DNA from: an uncultured Methanosarcinales archaeon
GTDB taxonomy: Archaea; Nanobdellota; Nanobdellia; Woesearchaeales; CAYPCY01
DNA: 37,754 bases
Direction: 5' to 3'
NCBI GenBank assembly: GCA_964409385.1
Contig: CAYPCY010000005.1
Span: 1 to 37,754 of the forward strand
Of this stretch, positions 1 to 8,640 are shown in pieces. The notes below the pieces were generated by a model. That model ran no database searches. It worked only from the letters and a program-made list of their open reading frames with translations, and was not told where the DNA came from. The translations under genes and the position numbers were made by a program. Numbering within the stretch: the stretch's first letter is position 1; every line of letters starts with the position of its first letter.

Positions 1-2394
1 GGTGGTAGTGGTGGTAATGGTTGTACTACTTGTCTTAGTTTACATTCTGGTGGTGGTGGTGGTGGTGCTGGTGGTGGTTCTGGGGGTAAGATTTATTTTC
101 ATAATGCTGGTGATGGTGGTCAACCTGGTGGTTCTCAGTTGGAAGTGAATGGTGGTGGCGGTTCTGGTGGTGGTATTGGTCGTAATTCTGCCGAGGATGG
201 TTCTTCAGGTTCTTCGGGTTCTGATGGAAATATTTCTAGAACTAATGAGTGGTCACTTTCTGATTTTGAAGATTTAACTAGTATTTCTTTAGCAGAACCT
301 ATTGAGGTGGATCTTACTAAGTTTTGGGATTATCCGGAAGTTTTTAATAATAATGCTATGGATCAGGCTCGTCTTTCTAAGGCTTGGATGAGGGGTTTTC
401 CTTATCATACTATTTTTCAGGATGATTCAGGAAATGATGTTATGGAAGTTAGTAGGAAGTATTCTCCTGTATTGTTTTATGCTGATTTTGTTGGAAGTAC
501 TAATTTACAGGGTATTATTGAGACTAGGCCTCCTTATGAGACTAGTAGTAAAATTATTGAGAATTATCAGGGTGTTTCTGCTGGTACTATGTTGATGACT
601 GAGGCGACTGTTAAACAACATTTTTATGAGGGTGGTCCTGTTGTTAAAACTATACAATTAGGTTATGATCCTGAACTGTATGCTCCTATGGAGATTACTC
701 ATTTTAATAAGAAATTGGATGGTTCTGAAATTAAGATTTCTGAAAAAACTATTTTTGATAAGAAAAATTTAATAATGGGTTATAAAGGAAGTGGGTCTGA
801 AGATATTTTTGGTATTAATCCTTCTTTGACTAATAAGATTGATGCTGTGGAGAGGTATGTTAATGATGAGATTGTTTCTAGGGAGGAGATTAATTATATG
901 ATTTTAGATGTTGAGACTGGAAATTTACAACCTTTTTCATTTTATACTTCTGGTGTTACTGTTGGTTTATTACATCCTTCTGGTGAGTATTTTGTTGTTA
1001 GTTGTAGTTTTCCTAGTAGGGATAATTATTGTTCTGAAAAGATTGAAAGTTCTATTGCAGGGTCTTCTTATACTTTTGTTTATGAAGTTTATTCGGATGG
1101 TGTGGATTTTAATTGTTTAAGATCTAGTTCTCATTTGGATATTTCTAATTGGCTTACTGATTGTGATGTTAAATTGGGTAGGGAACTTCCTAATACTTAT
1201 TTGATTGTTCCTAAAAGAACTAATAAATTTTTTGATTCTGATTTGACTAATGATGGTTTGGAGGAGTTGGTTTATTCTGAAATTTTAGAGTATGATGCTT
1301 TTGGTAGGCCTTTAAGGACTAAAAACTTTGATGGTACTGTTATTAATATTAGAAGGGATGATAGGGGTCGTGTTTACAAACAGTGGTTTGATAATATGAC
1401 TTCTGAAACTAATCCTCAATTTGAGAATTTTTATAATAAGTATGGTTTTCTTGAGGAGCAAAAAGTTTTCAGTAGTGAATTTTCTAATTTTTATTTTTAT
1501 GATGATAATTTATTATTGTCAAAAGCGGCGTATTCTGGTGATACTGAAGCTTCGCCTACTGTTATTTATGAGTATGATTTAGAAAGTTTGCCTAAGAAAT
1601 ATGTTACTAAGTCAAAAGTTTCTGAAGGGGTTTATTCTATTGAAATAGTATTTAAGGATGTTAATGGTGTTGTTTTACAGAAGCAAGTTAAATCTTCAGG
1701 TGATAATTTTGTTGTTAAACATTTAGAGTATAAGGATGGGAAGTTGTGGAAGGAGTATTCTTCTTTTACTTCTTTAACTTCTGGAAATTATGTTGGCTCT
1801 TTGCCTGGTGGTTTGGAATTTAAAGAGTATTCTTATGCTTCTGATTCTACTGAAAGAATTCTTTCTGTGAAGTATGAGGATGGTAATGTGAAGACTTATG
1901 AGTATAGTGCTAAAATGACTTCTACTGGTCCGCTTCCTGTAGTTACTGTTACTGAACCTAATGGGGTTAAGACTCGTTATACTTTTGACCTTGCTGATAA
2001 TTTATTGTTGGTTGAGCAGGGTTTTGATGGGTCTTATTCTATTACTGCTTCTTGGTTGGAGGGTCTTGATGAAGAGCGTATTATTGATCCTCTCGATCGT
2101 GAAATAAGAATTATTAAGGATGGTGCTGGAAATATTTTGGAGAAGGAACATTTTGATAGTGGGAAGGTTGTGTTAATGTTTGATGATGTTTTTAGGACTT
2201 TGTCCATAACTAATCCTATGGGAACTAAAACAGAATTTTATTATAGGGAGGGAACTAATGTTCTTTCTAGTCAGATTATGGATAGGAACGAGAATTTTGG
2301 TCCTGTTTTTAATTGTGTTAATGAAGATTGTTCTTGTTCTTCTGATGCTGATTGTTTGAATGCTTTTACTTGCCAGGGAGGTAGTTGTTCATGA
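1..2394 (+). CDS. Large Gly-rich, YD/RHS-repeat surface protein, 5'-truncated by window
   Basis: Frame 1 is open from base 1 (GGSGGNGCTTC...GGGGGGAGGGSGGKIYF), so the 139 start is an artefact. YD-like repeats: EYDAFGRPLRTKNFDG, RDDRGRV, TEPNGVKTRYTFDLADNL, ITNPMGTKTEFYY. Cys-rich tail CSSDADC...CQGGSC. Confidence 0.85.
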   Translation, partial: GGSGGNGCTTCLSLHSGGGGGGAGGGSGGKIYFHNAGDGGQPGGSQLEVNGGGGSGGGIGRNSAEDGSSGSSGSDGNISRTNEWSLSDFEDLTSISLAEPIEVDLTKFWDYPEVFNNNAMDQARLSKAWMRGFPYHTIFQDDSGNDVMEVSRKYSPVLFYADFVGSTNLQGIIETRPPYETSSKIIENYQGVSAGTMLMTEATVKQHFYEGGPVVKTIQLGYDPELYAPMEITHFNKKLDGSEIKISEKTIFDKKNLIMGYKGSGSEDIFGINPSLTNKIDAVERYVNDEIVSREEINYMILDVETGNLQPFSFYTSGVTVGLLHPSGEYFVVSCSFPSRDNYCSEKIESSIAGSSYTFVYEVYSDGVDFNCLRSSSHLDISNWLTDCDVKLGRELPNTYLIVPKRTNKFFDSDLTNDGLEELVYSEILEYDAFGRPLRTKNFDGTVINIRRDDRGRVYKQWFDNMTSETNPQFENFYNKYGFLEEQKVFSSEFSNFYFYDDNLLLSKAAYSGDTEASPTVIYEYDLESLPKKYVTKSKVSEGVYSIEIVFKDVNGVVLQKQVKSSGDNFVVKHLEYKDGKLWKEYSSFTSLTSGNYVGSLPGGLEFKEYSYASDSTERILSVKYEDGNVKTYEYSAKMTSTGPLPVVTVTEPNGVKTRYTFDLADNLLLVEQGFDGSYSITASWLEGLDEERIIDPLDREIRIIKDGAGNILEKEHFDSGKVVLMFDDVFRTLSITNPMGTKTEFYYREGTNVLSSQIMDRNENFGPVFNCVNEDCSCSSDADCLNAFTCQGGSCS

Positions 2395-5300
2395 GGTTTA
2401 AACTTTTAATTTTGGTTTTTTTGCTTGTTCCTAGTTTTGTTTATGCTGGTTGTTGTCCAGGTTCTAGTTTGGAGAATGATTGTGTCGTGACTTATCCTTG
2501 TGAATGGGATGTTTCTCCTGTTCGTGCAAAGAGTATTACTATTAATGCTGAAACTTCCATATCTGATGATATTCCTGAATTGGTTCTTATTGCTGTAGAG
2601 TTTATTTCTATTAATGCAGATATTGATGCTACTCTTCCTTTAGATAGTGCAGGTTCTAATTTGGTTTTGCAATCTACAGAAATTTCTTGTAATGGTTCTT
2701 CTTTGGCTTTGTCTGGAACTAGCGGTGAGGGTGGAGGTCATGCTATTTGTTGGTGTGGTGGTCATCATTATCATGCAGGTTGTGCGCATAGTCGTCTTTA
2801 TTGTAGTGATGCTGATGATGGAGGGTCTGGTTCTACTGGTAGGGGATTGATACTTTCTGCTAGGTATATTGATTGGGTGTGTGATGTTACTTCTATTGGT
2901 GGTGCTGGTGGTGCTGGAGGAAATTCTGATTCGGATAGTTGTGCTTCTTGTTACCATACTCATAGTGGTACTGGTGATGCGGGAATTAGTGGTGATGGTG
3001 GTGATGGTGGTGATGTTATTATTGAAGTTTCTGAGGAGAGTTCTATAGTAACTACTTCTGGCGGAATTAATTTTGCGAATAGTTTGTCTCCTGGAAGTAT
3101 TGGTAATGATGTGTTTATTTCTACTTTTTTGGTTGGTGGATCTTCTGCTGATGCTACGGTGGGTGAGTTGGGAACTGTTACGGTTAAGACTTGGTCTGGT
3201 TATAGTTCTTCTTGCTTGCCTTTTGAATTATGTAATAATCAGGATGATAATTGTGATGGTAATGAATCTTTGGGAATTCCTAATACTATTGATGAGGGAT
3301 TAGAAAATTGTGCTTGTACTAATGGTATTCCTTCCATGGAGGTTTGTAATGGTGTTGATGATAATTGTGATGGTTTGATTGATAATGATTGTGTTGATAA
3401 AAGGATTGCTTGTGTTCCTTCTAGTTTGCCTGGAGAAGATTGTATAGATTTTGATTATGAAACGAAGGATTTTAAGAAGTGGGTATTGTATGGAGATTCT
3501 GAATGTCCTTTTGAAAACAATATTATTTTTGATAAGATTCCTTGTATTGTAATTTCTAGGTTTGTTGATAATTATAAGAGGTATGATAATAAAAGGAGGG
3601 TTTTAGAAACTATTTCTCATTTTAAATTTTATAATAAAATTTTCAATTCTGATTTTTCTAAGGGGACTTCTGGATGGAGTGGTGGCTTAACTTTAAGTGA
3701 TACTGCTTTATTTAATGGTATTGCAGTTCAGGGTTCTGGTTCTACTAATGTTGATGTTGAGCCTAATAAGGAGTATGTGCTTTCAGGATATACTCAGGGA
3801 GGAAGTATTTCGGTTAGTTGTTCAGGAGATTCTGCCACTCTTGGTGATTCAGGAAGTTCTACTGAAGGTTCTTGGACTCGTTATTATAAAGTTTTCACTA
3901 CTGGTTCTGGTACTACAACTTGTGAAATTTCATTAAGTAATGGTTTGTTTGATGGTATTCAGCTTAGTGAGGGTTATGAAGTTATTGATTATGATTCTGG
4001 TATGTTTTCTGTGAAGTATGCTTATGATTCTAAGGGTCATTTAATTTCTAAATTGAATCCTGTTGGTGTTGGTGAAGCTCACGCTTATGATCTTATGAAT
4101 AATGATAGGTTTTCTTCAATTAATAATTTGATTCCTGATCCTAGTTTTGAATTGTATGAGGATTCTTTTTTATACTGGCAGGGTCCTTTTAATCCTACTT
4201 CAGCAAATGCTCTTTCTGGAGATAGAGTTTTGTCCGTGACTCAAAATAATTATGAAACTTTGAAGTATTTAATTCCTGTATTTCCTAGAACTGAATATAC
4301 ACTTTCTGCTTTTGCATTGGGTGGGGGCAATCTTGCTTTGAGAATTAAGTTTTTTGATGATGAGGGAGGTTATATTTCTGAAATTTCAGAGTCTTTTTCT
4401 ACTTCCGGATCTTATGAGAGAAAGTTTAAGGTTTTCACAACTCCTCAAAATGCGGATTTTGTAGAGGTTGGATTTGGTAAAGTTTCTGGTACTAGTATTA
4501 AGGTTGATGATGTTTCTTTAAATCAAGGTAATGAACCTTCTAATTTTAAAATGTTGGAGTATGTTTATAATTCTGATTCTACTATTGATATTGTTACTTA
4601 TGATGATGGGTTTGTAGTTAGTAATTATGAGTATACTTCTCGTAGTTGGATTGATAGTTTAGAAACGACTTGTGTTATGGATGGTAATAGTTTTACAATT
4701 CTTAATGAAGATTATGAGTATGACGAGTCTGGTAATTTAGAAAGGATAACTTATCCTACTTCTGGAGATTTTGTTTCTTTTTCTTATGATGTTGTTGATA
4801 GGCTTGAAACTGTTGATAATGAGGGTTATTATTATAATGTTGATGATTTTGATATTAGTTATGATCAGGCTGGAAATAGATTGAGTAAGGGGGATTTGAC
4901 TTATGGATTTGTCAATAAAAATGCGTTTAACAGAATTTCTACTGATGGTGTTTATCTTTACGAGTATGAATTTGATGGTTCTGTTTCTCAAAGAACTTTT
5001 GTTTTGGATGATGTTGAAACTTACGGTTCTGGTGCTGACTTGTTTGGTGGAGATACTACTTTTCAATATTATGCTAATGGTTTATTGAGTAGTGTGACTT
5101 TCCCAATCTATAAAGGAGATACTGATTCAATATTTTATTATTATGATTCTGGAAATAATTTGGCGGTTAGACAGTCAAGGTTTGGTATTACTTTTTATGT
5201 TTATGATGATTTTGGAGATTTGGTTTATGAAAGGCTTGATGGTAGTGATATTAGGAGGTGTGAGGTTGAGGAAGAATTTAATGAGGCTGGTAGGAAGTTC

Positions 5301-5645
5301 ATTGTTAAGGAGGGTGATATTGTTCTTGCAGCTTTTGATGATCAGGGTTATGTGAAGATTAAGGGTTCTATTATTGTTAATTCTGCTTTTGATGTTGATA
5401 AATATTTTAGTGTTGAGAATGGAGAAGATATTAATTGGTTGATTGATTCTGCTGGTAATTTACATTTGAAGGGGGGTTGGGATAGTTTGGTAGAGGTTAA
5501 TATGGGTTTTGATGAATCAATAACTTTAAATACTGGTTTCTTTGTTACTGTTGGTAGTGAGAAAATAGCGGCAATCTCTGGGGATGGAATGCAAGTTTTG
5601 GGTTGTGTTGCCATGTATCAGGATGTTGATCAATATTTAGAATGA
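2391..5645 (+). CDS. Secreted multidomain protein: signal peptide, Gly-rich region, two Cys/Asp (MopE-like) repeats, two CBM_4_9-like modules, YD/RHS repeats, C-terminal triple repeat
   Basis: ATG at 2391 overlaps the upstream TGA (ATGA). Signal MRFKLLILVFLLVPSFVYA; ELCNNQDDNCDG and EVCNGVDDNCDGLID; NKIFNSDFS...VEPNKEYVLSGY and NLIPDPSFE...VFPRTEYTLSAF; YEYDESGNL, SYDVVDRL, SYDQAGNRL. Confidence 0.85.
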   Translation: MRFKLLILVFLLVPSFVYAGCCPGSSLENDCVVTYPCEWDVSPVRAKSITINAETSISDDIPELVLIAVEFISINADIDATLPLDSAGSNLVLQSTEISCNGSSLALSGTSGEGGGHAICWCGGHHYHAGCAHSRLYCSDADDGGSGSTGRGLILSARYIDWVCDVTSIGGAGGAGGNSDSDSCASCYHTHSGTGDAGISGDGGDGGDVIIEVSEESSIVTTSGGINFANSLSPGSIGNDVFISTFLVGGSSADATVGELGTVTVKTWSGYSSSCLPFELCNNQDDNCDGNESLGIPNTIDEGLENCACTNGIPSMEVCNGVDDNCDGLIDNDCVDKRIACVPSSLPGEDCIDFDYETKDFKKWVLYGDSECPFENNIIFDKIPCIVISRFVDNYKRYDNKRRVLETISHFKFYNKIFNSDFSKGTSGWSGGLTLSDTALFNGIAVQGSGSTNVDVEPNKEYVLSGYTQGGSISVSCSGDSATLGDSGSSTEGSWTRYYKVFTTGSGTTTCEISLSNGLFDGIQLSEGYEVIDYDSGMFSVKYAYDSKGHLISKLNPVGVGEAHAYDLMNNDRFSSINNLIPDPSFELYEDSFLYWQGPFNPTSANALSGDRVLSVTQNNYETLKYLIPVFPRTEYTLSAFALGGGNLALRIKFFDDEGGYISEISESFSTSGSYERKFKVFTTPQNADFVEVGFGKVSGTSIKVDDVSLNQGNEPSNFKMLEYVYNSDSTIDIVTYDDGFVVSNYEYTSRSWIDSLETTCVMDGNSFTILNEDYEYDESGNLERITYPTSGDFVSFSYDVVDRLETVDNEGYYYNVDDFDISYDQAGNRLSKGDLTYGFVNKNAFNRISTDGVYLYEYEFDGSVSQRTFVLDDVETYGSGADLFGGDTTFQYYANGLLSSVTFPIYKGDTDSIFYYYDSGNNLAVRQSRFGITFYVYDDFGDLVYERLDGSDIRRCEVEEEFNEAGRKFIVKEGDIVLAAFDDQGYVKIKGSIIVNSAFDVDKYFSVENGEDINWLIDSAGNLHLKGGWDSLVEVNMGFDESITLNTGFFVTVGSEKIAAISGDGMQVLGCVAMYQDVDQYLE

Positions 5646-6262
5646 AATTAGAAAAATTATCAATTTATGAACGGACTCTTTTGTTAGTTAAGGATCCTAA
5701 GTCTTATTTTACTTTTATTAGTAAGGAGTCTTTAGAAACTGTTTTTAGTAGGATGTTTCCTGTTATACTTGCTGTTTTGATTATTCAGTTGGTTGTTGAT
5801 AGGTTTTCTCCTTTGAATCAGTTTGCTGAGGTGGTAAAACCTTCTTTTGGAATTACTATTTTGTTTGCAGTGTTGGGTTTGGCTGCTACTTATATTGCAG
5901 TGCCTGCAGTTTATAATATTGTTTTGAGATTGTTTAAGTCTAAGAAGTCTTTTTCAGATACTATTAAGGTTTTCTTGGGTCTTGCTTATTTTGGTATTAT
6001 TAGTGCTATTGTTTATCTTGTTTTTCAATTATTATTTTTCTTAACTATTAATTCACAAGTGGCATTATTGATTAGTATTTTGTTGTGGGTTCTTTTTGCT
6101 TTTGCTTTAGGAATTTATTCTGTTTATTTGATGCTTAAGGGAATTAGTGTTATTCATAAAGTTTCTATGGGTAAGTCTTTTGTTGGGTTATTATTGTCTG
6201 GACTTGTTTTCTTTATTTTAATTATTATTGTTTCTTTTGTTGTTGTTTTGTTTACTGTATAG
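5642..6262 (+). CDS. Yip1-family membrane protein
   Basis: N-terminal LxxPxxYF motif (LLVKDPKSYF) and about 5 hydrophobic segments; ATGA overlap with the upstream gene. Confidence 0.75.
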   Translation: MKLEKLSIYERTLLLVKDPKSYFTFISKESLETVFSRMFPVILAVLIIQLVVDRFSPLNQFAEVVKPSFGITILFAVLGLAATYIAVPAVYNIVLRLFKSKKSFSDTIKVFLGLAYFGIISAIVYLVFQLLFFLTINSQVALLISILLWVLFAFALGIYSVYLMLKGISVIHKVSMGKSFVGLLLSGLVFFILIIIVSFVVVLFTV

Positions 6263-7544
6263 TTTGAAATTCTCCTGGGCTCATTAGTAATACTTTTGTT
6301 TTAGAATTAGTTAGTTTCTCGAATTTTTTCATTCGTTCCATTTCTGAATGTACTGGTATTACAAATTCTGGTTTTGTGTAGCTTAAGAAATCTTTTATGT
6401 CTTCTTTGTATGCATGTCCTGATACGTGTATGTCCTTGTGTATTTTTATTTTCTTTTCTTTCATTTGTTGTTCTAGTTTTCTTCTTGCTTCTATTGTTGT
6501 TTTTGTTGGTATTACTCTGCAGGAGAATATTACTGTATCGTCTTTTTTTAGGTAGTTGTATTTGTTTACTAGTTTGGATAATGTTGCATTTTCTTCTCCT
6601 TGATGTCCTGTTGTTATGAGTAAGTATTTTTCTGGATTTTTCAGGTTGAATATTTTTCTTCTTATTTGTGATCCGTATTTTACTCTTTCTATGTTTTTGA
6701 AATTGTGAACTTTTACTTCTTCTGCTGCTTCGCAATATTTTAGTAGGCTTCTTCCTAGTATTAGTGGTTTTCTTCCTAGTATTTTTGCTGCTTTGATTAT
6801 TGTTGTTAGTCTTTCTATATGGCTTGAGAATGTTGTTATTAGGATTTTTCCTTTTTCTTTTTTTAATTCTTGGAATAGTTCTTCTAATTCTTTTTTTACA
6901 TGTATTTCTCTTCCTGTTCTTCCTGGTTGGTGTGAGTATAGTGAGTCTTCTAGTAGTAGTTTTACATTTAATTTTTTCAGTGCTTTTATGTTTGTTGGTT
7001 CTCCTAGTAATGGTTTGGGATCTAGTTTGAAGTCGTTTGCGTAGACTATATCGCCGTATTTTGTTTTTAATGCTATTATTGTTGTTTGTGGTGTTGAGTG
7101 TGTTACATTGATGAATTCTACTTTCATTCCTTGAAAGTCTATTTCTGTATTTGGTTTTACTGATATTATTTTGTTTTTTAGTTTTATTCCGTGATCTTGT
7201 AATATTTTTTTTAGTACTGCCATTGTGAAGTCTGTTCCGTATATTGGACAATTAAATTCTCCTGCTAAGAATTCTACAGCGCCTATGTGGTCTAGGTGTG
7301 CGTGACTTATGAATATTCCTTTAATTTGGTCTTTCCATTTTTTTAATGGTTTTGTTTGGGGTATTGCTTTTCCTGTTTTTAGTATTTCTGGATCTACAAA
7401 TTCTATATCGTCATCTTGTGTTATTTTGATGTAGTGTTCCATTTGTAGGCCCATGTCGAAGATTACTGCAGTATTATCTACTTTTACTGCGAACATGTTT
7501 CTGCCTACTTCGTTTGCTCCGTTTACTGTGCATACTTCTATCAT
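6252..7544 (-). CDS. rnj: Ribonuclease J (MBL/beta-CASP)
   Basis: GANEVGRNM, SHAHLDHIG, THS, DFKLD, TTFSSHIER, TGHQGE, HVSGH and PVH motifs. Confidence 0.9.
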   Translation of the reverse strand: MIEVCTVNGANEVGRNMFAVKVDNTAVIFDMGLQMEHYIKITQDDDIEFVDPEILKTGKAIPQTKPLKKWKDQIKGIFISHAHLDHIGAVEFLAGEFNCPIYGTDFTMAVLKKILQDHGIKLKNKIISVKPNTEIDFQGMKVEFINVTHSTPQTTIIALKTKYGDIVYANDFKLDPKPLLGEPTNIKALKKLNVKLLLEDSLYSHQPGRTGREIHVKKELEELFQELKKEKGKILITTFSSHIERLTTIIKAAKILGRKPLILGRSLLKYCEAAEEVKVHNFKNIERVKYGSQIRRKIFNLKNPEKYLLITTGHQGEENATLSKLVNKYNYLKKDDTVIFSCRVIPTKTTIEARRKLEQQMKEKKIKIHKDIHVSGHAYKEDIKDFLSYTKPEFVIPVHSEMERMKKFEKLTNSKTKVLLMSPGEFQTIQ

Positions 7545-7582
7545 TGTTTTTTGTTATTAAGAAAGGGTTTATTAATGTTGGG

Positions 7583-7837
7583 TTAGTAAATTTTATCGTG
7601 ATGTGCATAATCTAGTATGGTTATTGTTTTGTTTTTTATTGAATATATTAGAACGAATGAATTATTTGTGTGAACTTTTCTTGTTCCATGCATGTCACCT
7701 TTTAGTGGTTTAAAATGAAAAGGATTCTTGAGAACTTGTTCGAGTTTCTTAGAAATTATTCGAAGTTGTTTTGGATTTTTGTTTTTTAATTTTAAGAATT
7801 TTTTATTTGTTTGTGGGTTAATTTCTAACTGATACAT
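7583..7837 (-). CDS. RelE/YafQ-superfamily toxin
   Basis: 84 aa, basic; FKPLKGDMHGTRKVH..SFVLIYSI...HHDKIY; directly downstream of a small antitoxin-like gene. Confidence 0.8.
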   Translation of the reverse strand: MYQLEINPQTNKKFLKLKNKNPKQLRIISKKLEQVLKNPFHFKPLKGDMHGTRKVHTNNSFVLIYSIKNKTITILDYAHHDKIY

Positions 7838-8070
7838 TATTTAATTCCATATTTTTTATTAAAATCGTTTAATCCTCCTATGTAAATGCTTCTTTGTTTT
7901 CTAAGCATTTCTAGTTTTGCTAAATATTCTTGTTTGGCTTGTGGTTCTTCTTCAATTATTGATTGAATAAATGTGTTTATTTGTTTACTCATGCTAATTC
8001 CGCAATCTTTACAGTAATTAGAAAATTTGTCGTATGTTCCTTTTTCCAAATTAAATGTTTTCAACACCAT
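7837..8070 (-). CDS. Putative ribbon-helix-helix antitoxin
   Basis: MVLKTFNL..YDKF...SMSKQI pattern; EPQAKQEYLAKL segment resembles the 8633-8872 antitoxin; 1-nt overlap with the toxin. Confidence 0.65.
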   Translation of the reverse strand: MVLKTFNLEKGTYDKFSNYCKDCGISMSKQINTFIQSIIEEEPQAKQEYLAKLEMLRKQRSIYIGGLNDFNKKYGIK

Positions 8071-8072
8071 AG

Positions 8073-8100
8073 TTATTTAATATTATTTAATATTATTTAA
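8073..8100 (-). promoter_or_regulatory. About three tandem 10-bp repeats (TATTATTTAA) spanning the TATA-to-start region of the TA operon; probable antitoxin operator
   Basis: ttatttaa-tattatttaa-tattatttaa immediately upstream of the ATG at 8070. Confidence 0.45.
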
Positions 8101-8155
8101 ATCTTTGCTTTAGAATAATTAGTTTTTTAAGTTAAAACAGAATTCTTTTTCTTAT

Positions 8156-8288
8156 GAGGGGATGCCGGAGTGGCCAAACGGGACAGTTTTTTAGTCTAAA
8201 TTTTGACTAGAAAGTCTACACTCAAGTTTGGTCTGATGAGATATCTGCTGGCTTAGTGCCTACTAGGGTTCGAATCCCTATCCCTTCA
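8156..8288 (+). tRNA. tRNA-Leu(CAA) with two BHB introns (8187-8219 at position 30/31; 8227-8242 at 37/38)
   Basis: Acceptor GAGGGGA/TCCCTTC with discriminator A; D-arm CCGGAGTGGCCAAACGG; long variable arm; T-arm TAGGG-TTCGAAT-CCCTA. Joining 8156-8186, 8220-8226 and 8243-8288 gives the anticodon arm ACAGA-CTCAAGA-TCTGC. CCA is not encoded. Confidence 0.9.
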
Positions 8289-8358
8289 TTTTATTTTGAT
8301 TCGAACTTGTTGTTCAAAATATTTTAGATTTTGTAACCTCAGAATCTTGATTCTGTTG

Positions 8359-8380
8359 CGAATCCCTATCCCTTCATTTT
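8359..8380 (+). repeat. 22-bp duplication of the tRNA-Leu 3' end (att-like)
   Basis: CGAATCCCTATCCCTTCATTTT at 8271-8292 and 8359-8380. Confidence 0.9.
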
Positions 8381-8640
8381 TTGTATATTTTATCGTGATG
8401 TTCTAATGTGTAGAATTTTATCATGTTATTATTTACTTCGAAGAGAAGAACGAATGATTTTTTTATATGAACTCTTTTGTATTTTTGTAGTGGGTTTCTT
8501 AAGTTTTTATAATGTTTCAGATCTGAATTATTAATTATTTCTTTTATTTTGTTTATTACTACTTCATATAGTATTTTATCTTTTTTGAAAAGTTTTTTTA
8601 GTTTTGTTTTTAATTTATTTTCTATTGAGAATTCATGCAT
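8374..8640 (-). CDS. RelE/YafQ-superfamily toxin
   Basis: HYKNLRNPLQKYKRVHIKKSFVLLF...HHDKIY; paralog of 7583-7837. Confidence 0.8.
   Translation of the reverse strand: MHEFSIENKLKTKLKKLFKKDKILYEVVINKIKEIINNSDLKHYKNLRNPLQKYKRVHIKKSFVLLFEVNNNMIKFYTLEHHDKIYKK

Noticed and set aside
908..5614. Many short Leu/Val/Met-rich or antisense ORFs nested in the RHS genes
   Set aside because: By-products of T-ending codon bias; fully contained in well-supported genes.
6307..7251. 314-aa alternative-frame ORF inside rnj
   Set aside because: K/R/N/T-rich shadow caused by A/C-ending codons, which leave few T's to form stops; no motifs.
8187..8242. Single-intron reading of the tRNA (anticodon TTT, TAG or GAG)
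   Set aside because: No single excision I tried gave a proper anticodon stem with a 7-nt loop and U33; the two-intron model does and has BHB motifs at both sites.
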